Source: Pirellulales bacterium (GTDB taxonomy: Bacteria; Planctomycetota; Planctomycetia; Pirellulales; JAICIG01). Taken from it: a stretch of 64,000 nt of DNA. The DNA lies in NCBI GenBank assembly GCA_040901675.1, contig JBBDYJ010000035.1, forward strand, positions 64,001-128,000. The letters are read 5' to 3'. The notes below the pieces were generated by a model. The model did no database searches, was not told where the DNA came from, and saw only the letters and a list, made by a program, of their open reading frames with translations. The translations under genes were made by a program, and so were the position numbers. This document shows, in pieces, positions 21,475-31,041 of the stretch (position 1 is its first letter; each line of letters begins with the position of its first letter).

Positions 21475-21493
21475 AGGCAACGAGGCGAAATCC

Positions 21494-22150
21494 ATGTTCA
21501 ACATCTGTCGGCGGTTGGCCGGCGCCGGGTCGTGCCGGTGGGCGGCCTTGGCAACGTATCTTGTCGCTGTCTCATCCGCGGCGATCTATGCGGACACGCG
21601 GGTCGGGCAACCCGGCGATGGCGCTGCGGACACGGAAACGATCTACCGGCTCGACCCGGTGCTCGACGAGCTGCTGCCCGTGCCGCGGGAGGAACAAAGA
21701 GCGGGGCACATCTACCTGCACTACAGCCAGCGGCTGGGCCGCCGCGTGTGGAGCTTCCACCTTGCCAACGGGCGATTCTGGCATGACTTCGGCGAAGGGA
21801 CCGTGCAGCCGGCGCGCCTGTTCGACCTGCGCCGCACGCGTGAAGAGTCATTGGAGCTGCTGGGGCCCGGCCGGGCAGCCCTGAGGGACGAGCTGAGGCG
21901 CACCGGCGGGGCCGCCATGCTGCGTCTGGGCGAAAACGGCCGTTGGACCCCAGCCCACGTTGGTTCGGCGCCCACGATCTACGACAGTCAGACCCGCCGG
22001 CTCTGGCAGCTTGGGGCCAGCGACTATATTCCGGTCAGCCACTCGCCATTCGGCTATTTGTGGACCCGCAGCTCCGGACAATTTGTGCCGTCGTCCAGGG
22101 TCGAGCGTGCACCGAGTCATCCGGCGTTTTCCAGCGAGTGCGGCCGCTGA
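21494..22150 (+). CDS. Hypothetical protein, probably exported
   Basis: ORF directly downstream of the PepSY gene, hydrophobic N-terminus, GAGG RBS. Confidence 0.6.
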   Translation: MFNICRRLAGAGSCRWAALATYLVAVSSAAIYADTRVGQPGDGAADTETIYRLDPVLDELLPVPREEQRAGHIYLHYSQRLGRRVWSFHLANGRFWHDFGEGTVQPARLFDLRRTREESLELLGPGRAALRDELRRTGGAAMLRLGENGRWTPAHVGSAPTIYDSQTRRLWQLGASDYIPVSHSPFGYLWTRSSGQFVPSSRVERAPSHPAFSSECGR

Positions 22151-22214
22151 CTTCAGCCAACGACTCCTCGCGATAGGTCTCCAACTTGTACGACCTGGCG
22201 ATGTCATTGCGGCA

Positions 22215-22712
22215 TTACACGTCGTCTTCCGTCGACGCGGCGCTTGAACTCTGGCGCGGCACGACCAGCTTCGCGATAAGCACCTGGACGATCTCGCCCG
22301 ACTGATTGCGGGTTTCGCTGCGGATCGTGGCGATGCCGCGGTCCGGACGAGATCGTGACGGTCTTGCTTCGACGACTTCACTTTCGACATGCAGCACATC
22401 GCCCGCCCGCGTCGGCTTGGGCCAGGCCATTTCCGCGCCAACTCCGACCATCCCGCCGGCAATCGGCACTCCTTCGACGAGCAGCCGCATCGAAACGGCC
22501 GCCGTGTGCCAACCGCTCGCCACCAGCCCTTCGAACATCGTGTCCTTCGCAGCTTCGGCGTCAAGATGAAACGGCTGTGGATCGAACTGCTTCGCGAACG
22601 CCTTGATCTCGTCTTCGCCGATCCGATGCGTGCCGCTGGTGAACCGTTGTCCAACGCGCAGATCGTCAAGGTAGAGGATTCCTTTGCCGCGGAGTTGATT
22701 CGGGTCCGCCAT
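22215..22712 (-). CDS. MaoC-family dehydratase
   Basis: FAKQFDPQPFHLD, ASGWHT motifs. Confidence 0.9.
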   Translation of the reverse strand: MADPNQLRGKGILYLDDLRVGQRFTSGTHRIGEDEIKAFAKQFDPQPFHLDAEAAKDTMFEGLVASGWHTAAVSMRLLVEGVPIAGGMVGVGAEMAWPKPTRAGDVLHVESEVVEARPSRSRPDRGIATIRSETRNQSGEIVQVLIAKLVVPRQSSSAASTEDDV

Positions 22713-22718
22713 AATGTT

Positions 22719-25700
22719 TCATCCTCCATGGTTCCGGAAACGCGCACCTGAGATCCGGCGCAAGATCACGTAAAAGCTCGGCGTCAGGAACAGTCCAAAG
22801 GCCGTCACGCCGAGCATGCCGATGGAGACGGCCGTGCCGAGCACCTGCCGCAGCTCGGCTCCCGGACCATGGGCGATTGCCAGCGGCAGCACGCCGAGAA
22901 TGAAGGCAAACGAAGTCATCAGAATTGGGCGAAGCCGCAAGCGGGAGGCCTCGACCGCCGCTTCGATCGCGCTGCGCCCTTCTTCTTCGAGCTGCTTGGC
23001 AAATTCCACAATCAGCACGGCGTTCTTGGCCGCCAGGCCGATCAGAACCACAAAGCCGATCTGGGTAATCAGGTTGTTGTCCATGCCTCGGCTCCAGATG
23101 CCGCCCAGGGCAAATGGCAAGCAGACGGGCGCAATGAGAATGATCGCCAGCGGCAGCGACCAGCTCTCGTACTCGGCGGAGTGCACAAGGAACACGAACA
23201 ACACGCACAGCGGAAAGATGAAAAGCGCCGTGTTGCCGGCAAGCCGTTCCTGAAAGGCAAGCTCGGTCCACTCGATCGCCATCCCGCTCGGAAGCTTCTC
23301 GCGCGCCAAGCGCTCGACCGCCGCAATGGCGTCACCCGAGCTGCGTCCGGCCGCCGCGTTGGCTTGCACTTCCGCGCCCGGAAACATGTTGTAGCGGACG
23401 ACGCGATCGGGACCACTACGCCAATCGACGTTGACCACGGAGCCAAGTGGAACCATGTGTCCCGTGGCGCTGCGGGTCTTGAGCCGCCCAATGTCCTCGG
23501 GCGTGGCTCGGAAGTCGCCCTCCGCCTGGGCCCGCACCTGAAACGTGCGGCCGAAAAGATTGAAGTCGTTGACGTAAACCGACCCCAGATTCACCTGCAA
23601 CGCTTCAAAGATGTTCGCCAGCGGCACGTTGAGCATATTCGCCTTGACGCGATCGACGTCGGCGTAGAGCTGCGGCGTGCTGGCTCGATAGGTCGAGAAC
23701 ACCCCGGTCAGCGCGGCGTCGCTGCGGGCGGCGGCAACCAGCTCATCGGTCGCTTCCTGAAGAGCGCGGGCGCCATGCCCGGCGCGGTCCTGGACGATGA
23801 ATTTAATGCCGCCGGCCGTACCGAGGCCCTGCACTGGCGGAGGCGGAATGACAAAGATGTCGGCGTCGACAATGGTCCACAGCTTGGCCTGCAAGGTTGC
23901 CAGCATCGCGTCCGCATTCCAAGTTGGATCGTCCTCGGTCCGTTCCTCAAAAGGCTTTGGTCCGACGAAAATGGCGCCGGCGTTCGGGCTATTGGCGCGA
24001 GTGGCGCCGGAGAAGCCGACAAAGGACACCGCAAATTCGACGCCCGGCGTCTCAAGAATCATGTCAGTGGCACGCCGCACTACCTCATCCGTGCGCTCCA
24101 GCGAGGCTCCATCTGGAAGTTGGACCACCGTAATCAGATAACCTCTGTCCTGCGCCGGAATGAACCCCGCCGGCACCGTTCGGAAGCCATAGGCGGTAAA
24201 CCCAATCAACAATACGTAAACCGCAACGGCCAACACGACGCGGCGAAGCAGCCAGCCGACCGTGCGGCTGTACACCGAGTTCGTCGCATCGAAGCTGCGG
24301 TTGAACGTTCGAAAAAACCAACCCAATGAGAAATCCCAGGCGCGCCCGAGCCAGTCCTTGCGAGCACCGTGCGGCTGAAGCAAAATGGCGCACAGAGCCG
24401 GGCTCAGCGTCAATGAATTGAAAGCCGAGATCAACGTGGCCACTGCGATCGTGAGCGCGAACTGCCGGTAGAACTGGCCGGAAATGCCGGCGATGAACGC
24501 GGTAGGCACGAACACGGCCGAAAGGCCGGCCGCGATCGCGATCACGGCGCCGGTCACTTCGTCCATGGCCTTGTGCGCCGCCTCACGCGGCTTCAGCCCG
24601 GCGGCGATGTGCCGCTCGACGTTTTCAACGACCACGATTGCGTCGTCGACCACGATGCCGATGGCCAGGACAAGTCCGAACAGCGAGAGCATGTTCAGCG
24701 AAAAGCCAAAGGCCGCCATTGCCGCAAACGTGCCGATCAGCGACACCGGGATGGCAATCAGCGGAATCAGGCTCGCCCGCCAGTTCTGCAAGAAAACGAG
24801 CACGACGATGACGACCAGGATCACCGCTTCAAACAACGTGTGGATCACCGAGTCGATCGACTCGCGTACAAACACGGTCGGGTTGTACACGATGCGATAT
24901 TCGAGACCATCGGGGAAGCTCTTGGAGAGTTCCGCGATCGTTTGCTGCACTCCTTCCGCAGTCGCAAGGGCATTCGAGCCGGGACGTTGGGCGATCACCA
25001 GCGCCACGGCCGGCTCGTTGTTCAAATAGCTGTTGACGGCATAATCGCGCGCGCCCAGCTCGATCCGTGCCACGTCGCGGACCCTGATCACGCGGCCTTC
25101 CTCTCCGGTCTTCAGTATGATGTTGCCGAACTGCTCAGGCTCCAGGAGCCGGCCAAGAGTGTTCACTGAAAGCTGGTAGTCGGCGCCGGTGGGAATAGGG
25201 GCCTGGCCAATGACGCCGGAGGCGACTTGCAGGTTCTGCTCGCGCAGCGATCGCACCACGTCGCCGGGCGTGAGCGAAAGGTGAGCGAGCCGTTCCGGGT
25301 CAAGCCATGCCCGCATGCTGTATTCACGCAGACCGAAAGGCGTCACGTCTCCCACTCCATCGACGCGCGCCAAGGCGTCGCGAAGCTGAATGAGCGCGTA
25401 ATTGCCGATGTAGAGTTGGTCATACCGCTTGTCCGGTGAGATGATGTGGATGACCATCAAGAGATCCGGCGATGACTTGAGCGTCGTCACGCCCAATCGG
25501 CGGACGTCCTCCGGCAGGCGGGGCTCGGCAATGGCAACCCGGTTTTGAACCAGCACCTGGGCCGTGTCTAAATCCGTTCCCAGCTTAAACGTGATGGTCA
25601 GCGTCATCTGCCCATCCGTCGTAGTCTGGGACGACATGTAGAGCATGTTTTCGACGCCGTTCACCTCCTGTTCGATCGGAGTGGCCACCGTTTCCGCAAT

Positions 25701-25886
25701 GACTTCAGGCGACGCGCCCGGATACGAGGCGCGGACGACGATGGTGGGCGGCACCACGTCGGGGTATTGAGCCGCGGGCAGTGACAAGTACGCGATCCCG
25801 CCCAGGATCACGATGAAGACCGAGACGACGGTGGCAAAGATCGGACGGCCGGATAGACAGCCACTCCGCCTTCGGCACCGGCTCAT
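22719..25886 (-). CDS. HAE1-type RND efflux permease (native N-terminus apparently lost)
   Basis: RPIFA, QYPDVVPP, IGIVVDDAIVVVENVER, IGLAAKNA, RLRPILMT; the available ATG gives an aberrant MSRCRRRSGCLSG leader. Confidence 0.88.
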   Translation of the reverse strand: MSRCRRRSGCLSGRPIFATVVSVFIVILGGIAYLSLPAAQYPDVVPPTIVVRASYPGASPEVIAETVATPIEQEVNGVENMLYMSSQTTTDGQMTLTITFKLGTDLDTAQVLVQNRVAIAEPRLPEDVRRLGVTTLKSSPDLLMVIHIISPDKRYDQLYIGNYALIQLRDALARVDGVGDVTPFGLREYSMRAWLDPERLAHLSLTPGDVVRSLREQNLQVASGVIGQAPIPTGADYQLSVNTLGRLLEPEQFGNIILKTGEEGRVIRVRDVARIELGARDYAVNSYLNNEPAVALVIAQRPGSNALATAEGVQQTIAELSKSFPDGLEYRIVYNPTVFVRESIDSVIHTLFEAVILVVIVVLVFLQNWRASLIPLIAIPVSLIGTFAAMAAFGFSLNMLSLFGLVLAIGIVVDDAIVVVENVERHIAAGLKPREAAHKAMDEVTGAVIAIAAGLSAVFVPTAFIAGISGQFYRQFALTIAVATLISAFNSLTLSPALCAILLQPHGARKDWLGRAWDFSLGWFFRTFNRSFDATNSVYSRTVGWLLRRVVLAVAVYVLLIGFTAYGFRTVPAGFIPAQDRGYLITVVQLPDGASLERTDEVVRRATDMILETPGVEFAVSFVGFSGATRANSPNAGAIFVGPKPFEERTEDDPTWNADAMLATLQAKLWTIVDADIFVIPPPPVQGLGTAGGIKFIVQDRAGHGARALQEATDELVAAARSDAALTGVFSTYRASTPQLYADVDRVKANMLNVPLANIFEALQVNLGSVYVNDFNLFGRTFQVRAQAEGDFRATPEDIGRLKTRSATGHMVPLGSVVNVDWRSGPDRVVRYNMFPGAEVQANAAAGRSSGDAIAAVERLAREKLPSGMAIEWTELAFQERLAGNTALFIFPLCVLFVFLVHSAEYESWSLPLAIILIAPVCLPFALGGIWSRGMDNNLITQIGFVVLIGLAAKNAVLIVEFAKQLEEEGRSAIEAAVEASRLRLRPILMTSFAFILGVLPLAIAHGPGAELRQVLGTAVSIGMLGVTAFGLFLTPSFYVILRRISGARFRNHGG

Positions 25887-27180
25887 AATCGTCGGGCAGT
25901 CCGTCGTCCGCCCCGGTCTCGATTGCCTCAACGGTCGTCGTCACCTGGATCCCCGGCCGCACGCGCTGCAGGCCGCGTACGATGACTTGCTCGGACCCGT
26001 CCAGACCGCTCCGGATGATCCGCAGGCCGCCGGACAGGGAACCGGCCGAGACGGACTGGCGGCGCACCTTGTGGTCGCTGTCGACTACCAGCACGAATTT
26101 CTCGGCTTGATCGCTGCCGACCGCCGAATCCGGGACAAGCACCGCCTCATACCTTGCGCTGCCGGGCAGCCGCAGCCGCGCGAAGAGGCCGGGCGCCAGC
26201 GACAGATCGGGATTCGCCAGGATGGCACGGGCGCGCATGGTGCCCGTGTTGGGATCCATGCGATTGTCGACAAAGTCCATGTGTCCCTTGTGCGGAAAGC
26301 TGCCATTCTCGTCCGCCAGGGCGATGTACACCGGATTCTTCACGTCGCGCGAACTTTGTCGCTTGCCTTCCTTTGCCAGACGGGTGTACTTGAGGAACGC
26401 CTGCTCGTCGGCGTCGAAATAGACATGGATCGGGTCAAGGGAAACGATCGTGGTCAACAGCGACGACTCTCGAGTGCCGCCGCTGATGAGGTTTCCCTCG
26501 GTCACATCGCGGTGACTGACGCGGCCCGTGATGGGAGCAACAACACGCGTGTACTCCAGGTTCAATTCCGCAATGCCGATCGCCGCCTCGGCGGTTTCGA
26601 CCGCCGCGCTCGCCGTTGCAATCGCTGCCCGCGTTGATTCGATCCGCGCCTGTGCGGCCTTCACTTCCGCCTCAGCTTGAAGCAGCTCCGATTGATGCAG
26701 CTCGAGCTCGTCTTTGCTGAGCGCTCTTTTCGCGGCGATGGCCTCCGACCGTGCATATCGCTGGCGGGCATATCCGAGGGTCGCTTCGGTTCTGCTATGC
26801 TCAGCCTCTGCCTGGGCGAGCTGTGCGGTGGATTGCGCGACCGCCGCGCCGGCCTCTTCAAGCTGCGCTCGGGCGCGATTCAATTCGGCCTCGAACGGAC
26901 GTGGATCGATGACGCAGAGCAGGTCGCCCTTCCGGACGATTTGGCCTTCCTCGAAGTGGATCGACTGCAAGTAGCCGCTCGCGCGGGCGCGAACCTCCAC
27001 AAAGTCCACCGCCTCCAACCGGCCCACGTATTCGTCCCACTCCACGATTTGCTTCTTAATCGGCGTGGCAACGACTACCTGCACTTCGGGCGGCGGTCCA
27101 GGCTGGCCGCCAAGTCGGCTGCAGCCAAGTACCAGCGAAAGACAGGCAAGGATTGCCAGTTTGAACGAATTAGATTCCAT
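25705..27180 (-). CDS. RND periplasmic adaptor (MFP) lipoprotein; C-terminus runs on into the permease gene
   Basis: LVLGC lipobox, EWDEYVGR, VEVRARASG, APITG, GLQRVRPG; last ~50 codons are out-of-frame permease sequence. Confidence 0.88.
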   Translation of the reverse strand: MESNSFKLAILACLSLVLGCSRLGGQPGPPPEVQVVVATPIKKQIVEWDEYVGRLEAVDFVEVRARASGYLQSIHFEEGQIVRKGDLLCVIDPRPFEAELNRARAQLEEAGAAVAQSTAQLAQAEAEHSRTEATLGYARQRYARSEAIAAKRALSKDELELHQSELLQAEAEVKAAQARIESTRAAIATASAAVETAEAAIGIAELNLEYTRVVAPITGRVSHRDVTEGNLISGGTRESSLLTTIVSLDPIHVYFDADEQAFLKYTRLAKEGKRQSSRDVKNPVYIALADENGSFPHKGHMDFVDNRMDPNTGTMRARAILANPDLSLAPGLFARLRLPGSARYEAVLVPDSAVGSDQAEKFVLVVDSDHKVRRQSVSAGSLSGGLRIIRSGLDGSEQVIVRGLQRVRPGIQVTTTVEAIETGADDGLPDDYEPVPKAEWLSIRPSDLCHRRLGLHRDPGRDRVLVTARGSIPRRGAAHHRRPRLVSGRVA

Positions 27181-27496
27181 GGAATCCATGACCTCCGTCT
27201 TCTGCCAAACGCCGGACGAGCACCGGTGACTGGGCAATCTCGGACACGACAGACTTCATCAAACAGCCGGCGGCCACGAGCTCCGCCCCCTCGGCGTATC
27301 GGGCCGCGAGGAATTCCTTTCCCACGGCGTCGATGGCGGTCAGGCCGGTAAGATCAAAGCGGACCACCCGCCGGCGGTCGCCGGCTGCGGCAGTTTGCCA
27401 GCACATCTGGAGTTCCCGGACCCACGGCCCCGCCAACTTTCCTTCAAGCTGAAAGGTCAGCGACTCCGGCTTGTCGTGTGTGGTAATTCGAAGCAT
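27170..27496 (-). CDS. Small STAS-like protein leading the RND operon
   Basis: MLRITT..LEGKLAGPWVREL..FDLTGLTAIDAVG (STAS-like DL..v..ID..G); AAGGA RBS. Confidence 0.75.
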   Translation of the reverse strand: MLRITTHDKPESLTFQLEGKLAGPWVRELQMCWQTAAAGDRRRVVRFDLTGLTAIDAVGKEFLAARYAEGAELVAAGCLMKSVVSEIAQSPVLVRRLAEDGGHGFHGI

Positions 27497-27534
27497 CGCT
27501 TGGTCCTTGCCGCTCACTTGCCGGTGAGGCGGAG

Positions 27535-27550
27535 AGCAAGCGGTGTACCA
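27535..27550 (-). promoter_or_regulatory. Sigma54 -24/-12 promoter of the STAS-MFP-RND-MaoC operon
   Basis: Minus strand TGGTACACCGCTTGCT (GG-N10-GC), about 40 nt before ATG 27496. Confidence 0.7.
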
Positions 27551-27647
27551 AGCGAGCGCCAGAGGCCGGGGGCGCGGTATAACAACCCACTGCCCGTTAG
27601 ACTTACGCTGCACGAAAATCCGGAAAAGTTGCATGCCGGATCTGGAA

Positions 27648-27699
27648 GTGCCGAAGTCGAGAGGTGCCGAAGGATCGGCAAGTGCCGACACGCCGGCAC
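27648..27699. promoter_or_regulatory. Putative enhancer (UAS) array for a sigma54 activator
   Basis: Three GTGCCGA half-sites, two in imperfect palindromes (GTGCCGAaggaTCGGCAa, GTGCCGAcacgCCGGCAC), 100-150 nt upstream of the -24 box. Confidence 0.55.
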
Positions 27700-27837
27700 T
27701 ATGGGGGACGCGTGCCCGCCTCATCCCTTATCCAAGCAGCGCGGTGCGATCCGAGATGAGCTGCTTGTATTCGGCCTTCTCACCGAGGCCGCGAGGGGCT
27801 GCCCCAATTTCCCCTCGCTTCAATCGGCCCTGCCCTT

Positions 27838-29037
27838 TCACTCGATCGCTATCCGTTGGTACAGCTCCGGCGGATGGCGGCTGGGATCGTACTGCTCCAG
27901 CAAGCCGGCGCTCACCAGCTCGGCCCGCAGCACCACGGGCCGCGGGACGCCGCTGTCGCTGATGCACGACGGGTCGAAGGGGTGGAAGCTGAAAATCCGG
28001 TCCGAGCCGCGGATTCGGCCATACCAGTCGCGGACGGCATCGAAGCGCCTCACGCCGGTGTTGACCGAGCTGTGGCAGCGGTTGCACGACTGCTGATCGA
28101 CCGCGATGAAACCGGCGTCGTAGTTGGCCGGAACGATGTGCCAGTCCGCCAGCGTGGTTGGGGCGTGCGTCTCGAGCTGCTCCTTGCCGATCCGCCAATA
28201 CTGCCCCAAGGCCGATCGAAACTCGGTCTTGTGCAATAACTCCTTGACCAGCTTCGGGTCATCGATGGCCGGCAGCACGTCCATGCCCATCCATTGATCG
28301 AAATCGGGGAGCGGGTGCATGATGTCGGCCAGCCGGGCCCGGTGCAGCTCGGGCTCTGGGTGCTCCAGGTGCTCGACCAGCCGCACCAGGTCCGGCGCGT
28401 GGGACCAGTCGGGCCGCAGTTCCTTGATCCGCCTGGCGAGCGACTCGGCCGTGGGGAAGGGCCGAAACACGTCCGGCTCCCAGCCTTCGTAAACCCGCGT
28501 CCTGGTCCGCAGCTCGAACGTGTAATACCAGCCTTCTGGGCCCCGCATGGTCAGCACCTCGCCAAAGACGGTGCCGACCGGGTAGATCCAGGCATATCCC
28601 TCGCTCTCGTCCCCCTCGAGCTGTTGGCGGAACCAGGCCACGCTCTGCCGTTTGCCGTCCTTGACCGGCAGCTTCAAGAAACGGAACGTGAACAGGTTGC
28701 TCGAGCGGTGGGTGCCTCCCGGGTCGGACCAGGGGAACTCCACGTTTCCGTTGCCTCCGCGGCCGTGCCCCTTCGCTTTCTCGGTTTCCTCGGCCGAGAT
28801 GTTGAAGTTGGCGCTATGAACGCTTTGCAGCCTGCCCTCCCAGTGCTGGTAGGCCGGCGGCATCTCCTCTTCGGTGTACAGAATCAAGCTCGTGTCGTGC
28901 AGAATCGCCTGCAACTGACGGCTCTCGACCTGGGGAAAGAAGTTCCTCAGGTTCTGTTCCTTTTCCGGCGACATCAACTGGGCCTGTGCGGCCGACGACG
29001 TCAGCATCAACGTCGCCCATAGCAAAGTGCGCTTCAT
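27838..29037 (-). CDS. Secreted hypothetical protein with a single CxxCH (possible c-type cytochrome)
   Basis: Signal peptide (AQA), CNRCH at 28072-28086, GGAGGAGG RBS. Confidence 0.75.
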   Translation of the reverse strand: MKRTLLWATLMLTSSAAQAQLMSPEKEQNLRNFFPQVESRQLQAILHDTSLILYTEEEMPPAYQHWEGRLQSVHSANFNISAEETEKAKGHGRGGNGNVEFPWSDPGGTHRSSNLFTFRFLKLPVKDGKRQSVAWFRQQLEGDESEGYAWIYPVGTVFGEVLTMRGPEGWYYTFELRTRTRVYEGWEPDVFRPFPTAESLARRIKELRPDWSHAPDLVRLVEHLEHPEPELHRARLADIMHPLPDFDQWMGMDVLPAIDDPKLVKELLHKTEFRSALGQYWRIGKEQLETHAPTTLADWHIVPANYDAGFIAVDQQSCNRCHSSVNTGVRRFDAVRDWYGRIRGSDRIFSFHPFDPSCISDSGVPRPVVLRAELVSAGLLEQYDPSRHPPELYQRIAIE

Positions 29038-29331
29038 GGCGTTCCTCCTCCGTAGGAAACTTAGGTCTTAGATCCGGCAAACGGCGCCGGCTGTCCGGCC
29101 CAAGTAGCGACCAGCCTAGTTGCCCGACGCCGTAGGGGAAGTACCCCATAGGGGGTCTCCTCGCCCCCAAAGGTCGGAAACCCGCCCTAAGTTTCCACGT
29201 ACCAACAAGAAGCGGCGAGCGAGGTGGCCCAAAAACCAGTGAGTGGACGTGGGCCGCGCCAGTGCCCTATATTGCGTCATCCGCCGAAATTACCGATGCC
29301 GCGGCTTGTAACGAACCTCCGCGAGGACACG

Positions 29332-30168
29332 ATGATCCAGATTGCCGGCGTACAAATGGATGTCAGCCTCGGACGCCCGGCCGAGAACCTCGACAAGATC
29401 GAGCAGGCCGTCGCTCAGGCGGCCCGCGAGGGGGCGCGGCTGGTCGTTTTTCCCGAGTGCGCCATCACGGGCTATTGCTTTGAGAGCCTGGGCGAAGCCC
29501 GCGAGTTCGCCGAAACGCTTCCGGGCCCGAGCACCGGCCGCCTCGGCCGGCTGTGCCGCGAGTTGAAACTGCACGTGGTGGTCGGCCTGCTCGAGACCGA
29601 CGGCCAGCGGTTGTTCAATGCCGCCGCGCTGATCGGGCCCGACGGGCTGGTGGCAACCTACCGCAAGGTCCACTTGCCGATGCTGGGCGTCGACATGTTC
29701 ACCACTCCGGGGGATCGGCCTTTTGCAACATGGCAAGCAGGCGCCATGCGCGTCGGGATGAACATCTGCTACGACGGCTCCTTTCCCGAAGCGGCCCGCG
29801 TGATGGCCTTGGAGGGGGCCGACCTGATCGTGCTGCCCACCAACTGGCCCCCCGGCTCGCAGTGTACGGCCGAATTCGTCATCAACGCGCGGGCCTTGGA
29901 GAACAATGTTTACTACATGGCGGTCAACCGCGTCGGAGAGGAACGGGGCTTCAGGTTCATCGGCAAGAGCCGCGTCTGCGACCCAAGCGGGCGGGTGCTG
30001 GCCGATGCGCCGCACGACCGCGAGGCGGTCCTGCACGCCGAGATCGATCCCGAGCGGGCCCGCAACAAGCACCTGGTCCGCGTGCCCGGCAAGCACGAAA
30101 TCAATCGCTTCGCCGACCGCCGGCCCGAGATGTACGCCAAGATCGTCGAACCGAAAGCCGGCGCGTGA
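29332..30168 (+). CDS. Carbon-nitrogen hydrolase (nitrilase family)
   Basis: FPEC, YRKVHL, ICYD catalytic E-K-C triad. Confidence 0.92.
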   Translation: MIQIAGVQMDVSLGRPAENLDKIEQAVAQAAREGARLVVFPECAITGYCFESLGEAREFAETLPGPSTGRLGRLCRELKLHVVVGLLETDGQRLFNAAALIGPDGLVATYRKVHLPMLGVDMFTTPGDRPFATWQAGAMRVGMNICYDGSFPEAARVMALEGADLIVLPTNWPPGSQCTAEFVINARALENNVYYMAVNRVGEERGFRFIGKSRVCDPSGRVLADAPHDREAVLHAEIDPERARNKHLVRVPGKHEINRFADRRPEMYAKIVEPKAGA

Positions 30169-30225
30169 AGCCAGATGATCATTCACACCGGCGCCAAAAT
30201 CGCTGGGGTCGAGCAGAGGGCGCTG

Positions 30226-31041
30226 ATGCCTGCCTGGACGCACGATGGCCTGGAGTTCTACTACCGCGAAGCGGGCCAGGGATTGCCGTTCGTGTTCCAG
30301 CATGGGCTGGGTGGCGACTCCGAGCAGACCTTCGGCTTGTTCAAGCCGCCGCCAGGTGTGCGGCTGCTCACGCTCGAAGCCAGAGCGCATGGCCGAACGC
30401 GCCCCGTCGGCGACGAGCAAAAGATTTCGCTGACCGCCTTCGCCGCCGATCTGGCCGCCTGGATGAACCACCTCGCGCTGCCCCAAGCGGTGGTCGGCGG
30501 TATTTCCATGGGGGCGGCCGTGGCCCTGCGGTTCGCGCTTGCGTATCCCGAGCGGCTGATCGGCCTGGTGCTGTCGCGGCCCGCCTGGCTGGACCGGCCC
30601 AACCCTGACAACGTCCGCGTCTTCGCCGAGATTGCCCGCCTGCTGCGCGCGCACACGCCCCAGACCGCGCTGGCGCACTTCAAGCAGTCGGAGACTTACC
30701 AGCGGACGCTGAGGGAGTCGCCCGACGCGGCCGCCTCCCTCTTAGGGCAGTTCACCCAGCCCAGAGCGGTCGAAGCCGTTGCTCGACTGGAACGGATCCC
30801 GGCCGACGCCCCCGCGAAGAGCCTGGACGAGCTGCGGCGGATCCGAGTGCCCACGTTGGTGCTGGCGAACCGGCAGGATCCAATTCATCCTTTTGAGTAC
30901 GGTCGGACACTGGCCGAGGCGATCGACGGCGCGCGATTTGCCGAACTCACGCCCAAATCTCAAAGCATCGAAGCCCATGCCGCTGATGTGGCGCGGGCGC
31001 TCGGCGAGTTTCTGGACAGCTTGATTGATCGAGGTATCTGA
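30226..31041 (+). CDS. Alpha/beta hydrolase
   Basis: FQHGLGG, GISMG nucleophile elbow, DPIHP; start could be 30175. Confidence 0.85.
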   Translation: MPAWTHDGLEFYYREAGQGLPFVFQHGLGGDSEQTFGLFKPPPGVRLLTLEARAHGRTRPVGDEQKISLTAFAADLAAWMNHLALPQAVVGGISMGAAVALRFALAYPERLIGLVLSRPAWLDRPNPDNVRVFAEIARLLRAHTPQTALAHFKQSETYQRTLRESPDAAASLLGQFTQPRAVEAVARLERIPADAPAKSLDELRRIRVPTLVLANRQDPIHPFEYGRTLAEAIDGARFAELTPKSQSIEAHAADVARALGEFLDSLIDRGI

